64,000 bases of DNA from Podarcis cretensis (taxonomy: Eukaryota): the NCBI GenBank assembly GCA_951804945.1, contig OX638155.1, forward strand, positions 5,580,001 to 5,644,000. Reading direction: 5' to 3'. Shown here in pieces: positions 49,784-60,530 of this stretch. The position numbers and the translations under genes were made by a program. Position 1 is the stretch's first letter, and each line of letters opens with the position of its first letter. A model generated the notes under the pieces. The model was not told the DNA's origin and made no database searches. It saw nothing but the letters and a program-made list of their open reading frames with translations.

Positions 49784-52204
49784 ATGGAGAGAAGGCACAC
49801 AGGGAATGGCAGGGCACTCACAAGGCAAGTACTGCTTCTCTCTCTATTGTCTTTTACCTGTTGGGCTGCATCAGAGCAGATTCATTATTCAACCCCTGAG
49901 GAGATGGCAAAGGGTTCCGTTGTGGGGAACCTGGCCAAGGAGCTGGGACTGAGCACCAAAGAACTAAAACATCGCAATCTGCACACTGTGTCTGTGGCTA
50001 AAATGCAGCATTTCAGTATCAATGCAGAGAATGGAAACCTCTATGTAAATGACAGGATTGATAGGGAGGGGATATGTGGCAAAAATCCACTTTGCTTTGT
50101 TCAGTTTGAAGTTGTGGTGGAAAACCCGCTGAATGTTTTCCATGTAACAGTAGAAATCCAGGATGTTAATGATAATGCACCCCAATTCCTGAATAGCAAT
50201 ATCAGTTTAGAGATCCTTGAATCCACTCTGCTAGGTACACAGTTTCTCCTTGGGAAGGCGGAAGATCCTGACATTGGGATGAACTCTCTCCAGGATTACC
50301 AGCTGAGCTCCAATCAGTACTTCACTTTGGAAGTTAGAGAGAGAAAAGATGGAAATAGTTATGCAGAATTAGTGCTAAATAAACCACTGGATCGGGAAAA
50401 TGAACAGACCCTTCACTTAATCCTTACAGCCTTGGATGGGGGTCAGCCTAGGAAAACTGGAACAGCCCAGATACGGATTAATGTCATGGATGTCAATGAC
50501 AACCGACCTGTTTTCACTCAAGAGGTGTACAAGGTCAGTTTGAGGGAGAATACTCCCCTTGGATCTCCTGTGCTTCAGGTTTCAGCCTCAGATAAAGATG
50601 AAGGTACAAATGCCCAAATCAGGTATCATTTCAGCAATATACCAGCAAATGTCCAATTTAAATTCAGACTGGATCCAATCAACGGTACAATCACTCTTAT
50701 AGATCCGTTGGACTTTGAAGAAACTGAAAAATATACAATGATGGTTACAGCAAAAGATGGTGGCGGATTGTTGACACATTGCAATATTGAAATAACTGTG
50801 CTTGATGAGAATGATAATGCCCCAGAGGTGACTTTAGCCTCCATGTTCAGTCCTGTTCCTGAAGATTCTCTGCCGGGAACTGTAATTGCTCTGATTAATG
50901 TGAATGACAAAGATAGTGGTGATAATGGAAAGGTTACTTGCTACTTAAACAATGATTTACCCTTCAAAGTTCTTCCCTCATCTAACAATTACTTCAAGCT
51001 CCAGACAGACAGTCCTTTGGACAGAGAAATAGCTCCTGCATACAATATTACAATCACAGCAACTGATAAAGGAACTCCACCTCTTTCCACACACAAAACA
51101 ATCTCACTACAGATCTCAGATATCAATGATAATGCCCCTACATTTCAGAGATCAACCTACAGCATCTATGTGCCAGAAAACAATCCTTCAGGTGCCTCCA
51201 TTTTCACCATCAAAGCCTCTGATTCTGACATGGACCAGAACTCACGGATCACATACTCCATCCTCAACAGCAACATTGAGGAGCTTCCCATCTCCTCCTA
51301 TATCTCCATAAATTCAGAGACCGGCACCATCTATGCCCAGAGATCCTTTGACTATGAACAATTCAGAGAGTTCCGGCTGCAAGTGAAGGCCCAAGATGGG
51401 GGTTCTCCCCCTCTCAGCAGCAATGTGAGCGTCAGGGTGTTTGTTCTTGACAGGAATGATAACAGCCCTCGTATCCTGTCCCCCTCACAAGAAGCCAAGG
51501 GCTCAGCCTTGTTTGAGATGGTGCCTCGTTCGGCCGAGGCAGATTATCTTGTCACCAAGGTGGTGGCCGTGGATGCAGATTCTGGACACAATGCCTGGCT
51601 CTCCTACCACCTGACTCAGGCCACTGAGCCGGCACTCTTCACGGTTGGTTCTCATACTGGAGAGATCAGGACCGCCAGGGCCTTTGTGGAGAGAGACGCT
51701 GTGAAACAGAGACTGGTCATTATGGTGAAGGATAACGGGCAGCCGTCTCTCTCGGCCACCATTACTCTGAACCTGGTGTTTGCTGAGAACTTTCAGGAGG
51801 CCCTTCCGGAAATGAAGAGCCAACCCAGCAGCTCGGAGTATCAGTCTGACCTGCAGTTCTACTTGGTGCTGGCCTTAGCTGTGATCTCCTTCTTGTTCCT
51901 CTTGACTGTTATTCTGGCCATTACAATGAAGCTCCGTCAATCAGGGCATCCCAGATTCCTACAGTGCTTTGGTCCTGTTCCCCATTCCAAGAATGGTGCC
52001 ATCTTCCCACCCAACTTTGAAGATGGGACTTTGCCCTATTCCTACCAGCTGTGTCTGTCTTCTGAGACCAGGAAGAATGAGTTTGCCTTCCTGACACCCA
52101 GTGTTCAGATTGCAGACAATATTATTGTTGGTGAAAATCCTGCTGTGCCTTTTACAGGCAATGGAGGAAGCAATTTAATTTCTGAGATGGCAAGTGATGA
52201 TAAG
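49784..52204 (+). CDS. PCDHGB: Protocadherin gamma-B-like variable exon V9 (type B1; ORF to 52246)
   Basis: Six EC plus TM. Phase-0 donor AAG|GTAGGG at 52204/52205, the same offset from ATG as in V2, V4 and V6. Confidence 0.95.
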
Positions 52205-52727
52205 GTAGGGTTTATTCCAGAATATTTTTCATTGCACGCTGCATGATCTTTTACCATAACTGACACTGAAACATTATATGGAGGAGAATTCATTTTCTCT
52301 GACATATAGGTTTACTGAAAAATGAGTTATTTAAATCTGGAAAGCAGTAGCTCAGCCTTATTTATTGGGCCCCTCATGAACCGTCTACTCATTTATTCAT
52401 GATAAAAGAGTAAGGTTTATAGTGTCAAGGCAAAAATATCTAAGCATTGGATCCAAGTAGCTTTGCTTTACTCAGTTGGACTACTAAACCAGTTCTGTGG
52501 TATTTATGACGTTGGAAGTTAACAGTAGGATCCCATGCATGTCTACTCAAAAGGAACTCCAGGTGAAGTGAACATGTATAAGACTGCAGTCTCAGTGTCT
52601 TGGACTTTCAAAGTAATGATGTCCGTAAGGAGTAGCTTTATTGAGGTTTCCAGAAGTAGTGTGCAGAAGTGCTGAACGATTTAAGAATAATTATATTTAG
52701 GATGCATCTGTATGCAAGCTTCTTGCT

Positions 52728-53494
52728 TGTGATTCGAGGACCCGATCCCCACTTGGGGAATAAAGACATGTGGACACAGAATATAAGGTTAATGGGTAAG
52801 GTAAAGGCCACAACTTTATTGATTACAGGATGTGAGAAGGTATTGGCTTAGGCATTGGACCACGGAACATTAGACTCCACCCACTCGTAGAGGGGTGAGT
52901 CTGAGGAGGAGTTAACCACCAGTAGGGGAAGCCTGTTGATGCTAATCCAACTATAGGCTCTCTTCCTGATGTCACCGGGGGTCGTGCCATGGCCCCCCGC
53001 CACACGGGCATCGGACAGGATCCACGACCGCCGGATTCCCTTAGCGGAATACGCAAAATTGCCGGGGAAGGCGATGGCCACACCTTACCCCCCGAAACAC
53101 CAACAACACATTCCAATGCCTAACCACCAAATACCAGGAAAGCTGGGACGGTTGCTACGAGGTAGGTGGAAAAAAACCCAAGAGGCTGGGCCAATTTAGC
53201 CAATTGGAAAAAACTCCTACCAGGCCCCCTGGTTAAACAGGGCGACCAACCAGAGGTCCATAGCAAAGTCTCAGGAACAGCTAATCTAAAGGGAGTGGAG
53301 GGTGGGTGACTCAAAGAAAATGTGTGTGCAGTGGTGGGGATGGCTGCCGCGGCTGCGTTTGAGCAGCAAGCCACGCCCCCGCCGAGCTTCCCTATTGGGT
53401 GCCCAACTGGGGAGGGGCGTGGCACGCCAGCCCTGGAGTTGAAGCAGGGGGCGGAGTGCCCCCTGCATGACACAGGAATCGTCTCCCGATCACA
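52728..53494 (-). mobile_element. Probable solo LTR
   Basis: CpG/GC-rich ~770-bp block bounded by TGTGAT...ATCACA with short imperfect terminal inverted repeats. Minus-strand AATAAA at ~52815. GC/CCAAT boxes at ~53370-53430. No TSD found. Confidence 0.5.
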
Positions 53495-54318
53495 ACCCCT
53501 TCCCTTCCTGGGAGGAGGAAAGGCTTTGCTTCCACTCCTCTTTCCTGCCATATCCTCAGGTGCACACAAATGGCAATGTGCTGGCCATCATTTTATGTGT
53601 GGCTTTGCCTTCTCCTGCCCTCTCTCTTTTCCCATCACCCAGCCTTCAAATTATCTAAGCTCTGTACAGCAGCTAGTTGTAAACTGGAGCTCTGGGGGCT
53701 GGAAAAGTATAGGGGAAGTTTTTATGGGATTCCCATCAAAAGGAATGACCAGCATGGTGCTTTAGATGCAGACTGACAATTTCTTTCTTCATTTGTAGTT
53801 GCTTCCTCATTTGGGGTAGGGGTTGGGCTTTGCCATTTTTCAGTGTTGTAGGGCCAAGCTGATCTCTTAAATACTGTTTATTAGGACAATTTGGGGATCC
53901 TCCAGAGCAGAGGAAGGACTGCAGGGAAGGGAGGGGAGAAGAAACATAAGCATTGGATGCAAACCAAACATATTTGTTATGGTATAAACTTTAGTGGACT
54001 CAAGTCATTGGGACTGAAAATATTCAATGAAGAGTGTGCTATAAATACTGTAAATCAAAATAAGGCTAAATGTAAGAGTGAGAACAAAAACTACACATTG
54101 TGATTCCATTTTCTGACACATCTCATCCATACTGGAAGTTCTATTTATGGCATACTGCCATTAAATTATAATTTTGTTTTACAATTTTTCATTCTATTGC
54201 CATTCTTCTTCTATCTGCACTTTGTCAACTATTCTTCTCCTTGAAATACGCAGTCCACCTGATCCATCTCTGTTCTATTCATTTGTTTCTTGTGGTCCTC
54301 TTATCATTTTTTATCTTC

Positions 54319-54472
54319 CTGGGTTGCCATATTTTGAATAGAAAAAAGAGGACACATTTGCCAACCTCTACTTTTAACTAATGTTTTAATGTATGTAAAA
54401 TGACGACTCTCATTATACATACCCATGAAAAAGAGGACATGTCCTGGCAAAAGAGGACATATGGCAACCCTA
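54319..54472. mobile_element. hAT-type MITE
   Basis: TIRs gggttgccatat / atatggcaacccta. Internal aagaggaca repeats. Confidence 0.7.
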
Positions 54473-55319
54473 TGACATGGATTCAATTTTATTTCTTTTA
54501 TTTCTTTGTTGCATCCTCCTAGGTTTCTGTGTAGACCATCTACAACTGTTTCCTTTTAAAGCCTGTCTTTAAAACACTGCGCAAACCGGTCATTTGGTTG
54601 GATTTGCAATTGTTCTCCAGATGCGTTCCAGACTTACTGTAGTAATTTTTGCATACAACATGAATGCACTATGACAAAACTTAGCATTTTTATGGCAGCA
54701 AAATATCAGATCACATGATTACTACACCCATCCTATTCCAGGAATCAGAGGCAACATCAAACCAATGAAACCACCATCTTATCCCAATCCTGGCCATTCT
54801 CTCATAGCAGATACTTAAGAGCATTTAACATAAACGTGTTGCCCCTAAACACACTTTCAGAGTTGTAATCTAAAAATGCTCTCTTATACATTCCTTCTGT
54901 GTGTTACTTGTAGTGAGGATCTTAATTTATCAGTGCTTATGAGTAATGAAGTAGGATTAACTGATTAACTAACCAGAAGCAGCAGATTATATGGTGCAAG
55001 CATAGGTTTCTGTGTTTTTAGGAGATGTGTATATAAAGGAGTATTGTGGCCTGAGAGGGTGCTCTTTCCTCTCACAATTCCACCCCTCCTGATCAACAAG
55101 AGAATGAATTCCATGCAATGTATCTGGGCCACTCTTATTTCAGTGTTGCTCCCACCAGTGTTCCCCCACCGAATCAAAATATCATATTGTTGGAAAGAGA
55201 AAGAGAAAGCAAACTAATCTAAGGCAATGTACCCCAAACTTAAAGACTCCTTAATAGATTGTTTTATAACTTTTTTCATGAAAATATCCAAAGAATGATA
55301 CGGCACAATGTTCTATACA

Positions 55320-55477
55320 CAGTGGCGTAGCGTGGGGGGTGCAGGGGGGGCCGGCCGCACCGGGCGCAACATCTGGGGGTTAGGGTTAGGGATAGGGTTA
55401 GGGGGCACAAATCCAGGGTTAGGGGGCACAAATTACTTGCCTTGCCCGGGGTGCTGACAACCCACGCTACGCCACTG
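55320..55477. mobile_element. hAT MITE containing TTAGGG repeats
   Basis: Perfect 17-bp TIRs cagtggcgtagcgtggg / cccacgctacgccactg. Perfect 8-bp TSD tctataca (55312-55319, 55478-55485). Confidence 0.93.
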
Positions 55478-55636
55478 TCTATACAATGTCTGAATTGCTC
55501 CTACAACTGGAAATGTTCACCATTAATCTCTCTTCTGGTGCTGAACCTTCTTTTTTTCTAACATAGTTTTGAAATTTGACTTTGTTTCCTCTCTCTATGT
55601 TTCTCTAAGTTAGCACAGACAGTTCCATCATCTGCT

Positions 55637-55812
55637 CCTCCGTCTAACCTCACCTTCTACCTAGTCCTTGCAGTGGCTTTTGTCTCCTGCTTGTTCCTCA
55701 TCTTCCTCCTTGTGTTACTGGCCATCAGGTTGCACAGATGGAGAAATTCTCAGCTGGTTGAGTCGGGGAGTGTGAATTTCAGTGGTGCTCTCATCTCACA
55801 GTTTGTGGGGAT
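55637..55812 (+). pseudogene. Isolated gamma-A TM/juxtamembrane fragment
   Basis: 176 bp colinear with V1 4730-4905 (about 13 mismatches by eye). Encodes [50 protein letters not shown]. Confidence 0.9.
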
Positions 55813-56015
55813 CTGCATTGGTGATAGATGTAGTATAAATGTGTTCAACCTTGCCATATTGGCAAGCTGTTGTATCCTCTGCATAATTGTTAGCAGCTCA
55901 TTTCCTCCCTTATTTGGAAAATGTACTGAAACATTGTTGTCAAAGTCAAAAAAATCTACTGGTCTTGAGGGAAGAGTTTCAGAAAACTGTCCATTGGCAT
56001 CAAACATTTCAGGTA

Positions 56016-56241
56016 CAGTGGTACGTCAGGTTAAGTACTTAATTCGTTTCGGAGGTCCGTTCATAACCTGAAACTGTTCTTAACCTGAAGCACCACTTTA
56101 GCTAATGGGGCCTCCTGCTGTTGCCGCGCTGCTGGAGCACGATTTCTGTTCTCATCCTGAAGCAAAGTTCTCAACCCGAGGTACTATTTCTGGGTTAGCG
56201 GAGTCTGTAACCTGAAGCGTATGTAACCCGAGGTGCCACTG
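56016..56241. mobile_element. Tc1/mariner (Tigger-like) MITE
   Basis: TA TSD. TIRs cagtggtacgtcaggtta / taacccgaggtgccactg. Internal taacctga repeats. Confidence 0.88.
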
Positions 56242-56703
56242 TAGAAGAATCCTATGAACACAAACCATCTTTACTGGACTGAATCTACAAAAAAGTGATC
56301 CTTTCCCTTCTTTTTTAAAAAATACTTTTTTACAAATACATTTTTTAAAAAAATAAGGAATGTTAAAAGTGTGGATATATATATTTTTAAAGCAATTCTT
56401 ATTTCAAAAAAGAAGGGAATATAAGGGATGAAATCCAGAACTTTCATCTAAGTAAAATATAATATTTTATATATGTAAAGTGATTTTCTTGCAAATGGCC
56501 TGTGAGGGATATTTTGTTGAAAACATTAAAAGTCTGAAGGGGTTGCACACATCCATCAATATGGTCAAGAACTTAGTACTGTAATACATAACACAATTGC
56601 TTTTAGTCACTAAATGTTGCTTTCAAAGTATTAAAATGTTTTTTTATGGAGAGGGAAAACATATATTTCAGTTCTTCCGGTTTATTCTTAGAGCTGATTC
56701 ACT

Positions 56704-56745
56704 TGCAGTTCTTCAGTTGGAACTCACAGTGCCGCTGTTGGCCAA
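56704..56745 (+). promoter_or_regulatory. CSE/CTCF site of V10 (CGCT)
   Basis: tgcagttcttcagttggaactcacagtgcCGCTgttggccaa. Confidence 0.85.
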
Positions 56746-56951
56746 TTTGGGAGCTATTAGGGATCCACTGTCAGATTGCTACTTACCAGCTACAGAAAGA
56801 ACAGACTACAAAGTCCTGCCTGCTGTTACTGAGATGAGGAAACAAATGGGATACAAGCAAACTGAGAGGGAAATCAAGGGAATCAACTTATTCTTCTGTA
56901 TCCCTGTTTTTTGAACAACAACAAAAAGCTCACCTGCTCATTAGCAGGAGA

Positions 56952-59384
56952 ATGGAGATGAGGATGGAAGTTATTCCTAGAGAAAGCTTCAGGGCATTCA
57001 GAAGCCACATTTTGCTTCTACTATTATTGTTTTTCCTCTGCTGGGAGATCTCAGAGTCAATTCACTATTCCATCCCTGAGGAGATGGCAAAGGGGTCCTT
57101 TGTGGGAAATCTTGCCAAGGATTTGGGACTGAATGCCAGAGAACTGAGGAATAGAAACCTGCATATCATTTCTGAAGGTAAAAAACCATATTTCAGTATC
57201 AATGCAGAAAATGGAAATGTGTATGTGAATGAGAGGATAGATCGTGAGGGAATGTGCAGAGAGAGCACACAGTGCTTCATTAATCTTGAAGCCTTAGTTG
57301 AAAATCCATTAAATGTTTTCCATGTAAGTATAGCAATTCAGGACATTAATGACAATGTACCGCATTTCCTGGATGACAATATAAGGCTTGAAATAATTGA
57401 ATCCACATTGCCAGGTGCCAGATTTCTCCTTGGGAAAGCTGAAGATCCTGATATTGGGAAGAATTCCCTTCATGACTACCAGTTAAGCCAAAATCAATTT
57501 TTCACATTGGAGGTTCAAGATAGTCTGGATGGCCATAAATATGCAGAATTGGTCCTGCAAAAACCTTTGGATCGGGAAAGTGAGCACTCGCTTCAGTTGA
57601 TCCTTACGGCCCTGGATGGGGGTGAACCCAGAAAAACTGGGACTGCGCAGATATGGATTAATGTCACAGATGCCAATGACAACCCACCAGTCTTCACTCA
57701 AGAGGTCTACGAGGTCAGTGTGAGGGAAAATTCCCCTGTTGGGTCTCCCATACTTCAGATTGCAGCCTCTGATAGAGACGAAGGTCCAAATAGTCAGATC
57801 AGTTATAGTTTCAGTAAAGTACCAGAAAAAGTCTACAAGAAATTTAGGATAGATGCACAAAATGGAATAATTATGAATACAGAGAATCTTGATTTTGAGG
57901 AAACAGAAAAGTACACTATGGCAATAAAAGCAAGAGATGGAGGAGGATTAGTGGCTCACTGTAAAATTGAAATAAAGATTATAGATGAGAATGACAATGC
58001 CCCAGAGGTCATTCTTGCCTCCTTATCTAGTCCAATTCCTGAAGATTCTGTTCCTGGGACAGTAATTGCTGTTATCAATGTAAAGGATAAAGATTCTGAA
58101 GAAAATGGAAAAATTACATGCCATCTACAAGGTAATGTACCATTTAAAATCTTATCCTCATCTAACAATTATTACAAAATTCTCACAGATAGTCCATTGG
58201 ACAGAGAAAAAGCCTCAGGATACAACATCACAATCACGGCCACTGACAAAGGTAGCCCTCCTCTCTCCTCCAAAAAAACCATCTCCCTGCAGATTTCAGA
58301 CATCAATGACAACCCCCCTGCCTTTGAAAAATCAAGCTACAGTGTCTTTGTGCCAGAAAACAATCCCTCAGGTGCCTCCATTTTCTCCATCAAAGCCTCG
58401 GACCCGGATCTGGACCGCAACTCACGTATCACTTACTCCATCCTCAACAGCAACATGGAGGAGCTACCTCTCTCCTCTTATGTCTCCATCAACTCTGAGA
58501 CGGGAACTATCTATGCACAGCGCTCCTTTGACTATGAGCAATTCAGGGAGTTTCAGATCCAAGTGAAGGCCCAAGATGGCGGCTCTCCCTCTCTCAGCAA
58601 CAACGCCACCGTGTGGGTGTACATTTTGGATCAGAATGATAACAGCCCCCGCGTTCTGTATCCTGTCCCGGGTGTTGAGGGCTCTGCCTTGTTTGAGATG
58701 GTTCCTCACTCGGCAGAGCCAGGCTACCTAGTGACCAAAGTGGTGGCTGTGGACGCAGACTCTGGGCACAATGCCTGGCTCTCCTACCAAGTGCTGCAGG
58801 CCACAGAGCCAGCCCTCTTCACCATTGGGACCCACACGGGAGAGATCAGGACATCACGAGCCCTTCTGGAGAAAGATGCTGTGAAACAGAAGCTGGTCAT
58901 CTTGGTGAAGGACAATGGGAAGGCTCCGCTCTCAGCTACTGTGGTCCTCAACCTCGTGGTTGCCGAGAACTTCCAAGAGGCACTTCCAGAAATGACTAGG
59001 CAATCCAGTGACACAGAGCATCATTCTGACCTCCAGTTTTACTTGGTGCTGGCTTTGGCATTGATCTCATTTTTATTCCTCCTGACGGTGATACTGGTCA
59101 TTGTCATGAAACTTCGACAATCAGGAAATCCCAAATTATTCCAATGCTTTGAACCTAATGCTTTTTCTAAGGCGCAGGTCATATTTCCACCAAACTATGA
59201 AGAAAGAACTTTACCTTATTCCTACCAACTCTGCCTATCGTCAGAGATGAGGAAAGAGCAGATCTCTTTCCCGAAACCCCATATCCAGGTGGCAGAAAAC
59301 TTGCTATGCAATGATAGCTCTCAGGTGGTTCTTGTGGATGGCAGCTGTGGGGATGCCAGTGCCAAAGAGGAGGTTGGTGAGCAG
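56952..59384 (+). CDS. PCDHGB: Protocadherin gamma-B-like variable exon V10 (type B2 body, distinct signal peptide/promoter; ORF to 59486)
   Basis: Six EC plus TM. Phase-0 donor CAG|GTAAGC at 59384/59385. Confidence 0.95.
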
Positions 59385-60423
59385 GTAAGCGTTGCTTTCA
59401 GAAACTGTGATGTAGGCACTACATCTTTCTTCCTCATAGGTATTATGAGCTACTGCTTTTTGATCATTATCTGCTCAAGTGTCTGATGCTTTATATGGGA
59501 AGAACCAGTACTTAGACCTGCCTGAACGGCATGCCACTGAGGCATTCTGAACATGCTTACTTAGCACATCCAACGGGTACTTGGATTCATGGCACTCTTA
59601 CAAGTGAGTCATTCCTAAATTAAGCTGAGCATCTTATTTTTCTGCTTTTGTTGTGATCTGGCTATATCAGTGTAGCTATAGATTGAATAATTTCCCTTGG
59701 TTTTTACCAATCTGTTGAGTAGATTAATTCTATCCATATGGTTTTCTATCCCCGAAAATTAATAGCATCTAATAGAATAGCATTCTCCCACACATATGCC
59801 ATCCTAGTAGAAGCTTGACAACAAAGGCACCCATGATAACATGGATAATATAACTACATGTTGTGAACTAGTAATACAAAAATATAGAAATCAGCATTTT
59901 GTGGCATTCCCTTATCATGGACATTTTGTTTGGTTGCATGTATTGCTGGTTCACACACATTTCTCCACGTGGCTGTGATTGAGAATAGTCTGGGCTGTTC
60001 ATGTGTCAACAACAGATATTGTGTGGATCATATGTGTGCTGGGGCCACAGCACCTGGAAAAGAACTTACAGACTATGAAATATGCTCTTTAGCAAGAGAG
60101 CCGTCCATGTTCACATTTCCTGTGGCATGTTTTACAATCAGAATATGGAATAAAACCTTGATAAGAGTAAAGGTAACTTCATTTAAACCCAATATGTTCG
60201 AGGAATTTCAGTGACCTTTTATGGGAATGGAGTAAAAATCTAATGAGGCCTGGGATTCTTTTCGTGTTGTATTTTGTACTTCACCTGAGGAGACCACCTC
60301 GGTCCGCTCTCCTTATCTTCCTCAGGGTTTGACCTTTGAGCTCCAAATGAAACGAAACCTATCTTAAAATAAATATAGTTTTTTTAAAAAATCTGCCATT
60401 CATACAAGGTGAATTAGCAGAAT

Positions 60424-60530
60424 GATATAGATATAGATACAAATGATATAGATGATTAGATATAGATATAGATATAGATATAGATATAGATATAGATATA
60501 GATATAGATATAGATATAGATATAGATATA
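60424..60530. repeat. (ATATAG)n hexanucleotide microsatellite
   Basis: Read directly from the sequence. Perfect core at ~60458-60530. Confidence 0.95.

Noticed and set aside
4319-59014. Recurrent antisense and alternate-frame ORFs inside the exons (e.g. 10026-10346, 21014-21334, 32376-32696, 51503-51823; 15262-15492 and copies)
   Set aside because: They recur only because the underlying exon DNA is near-identical. They have no independent coding signal.
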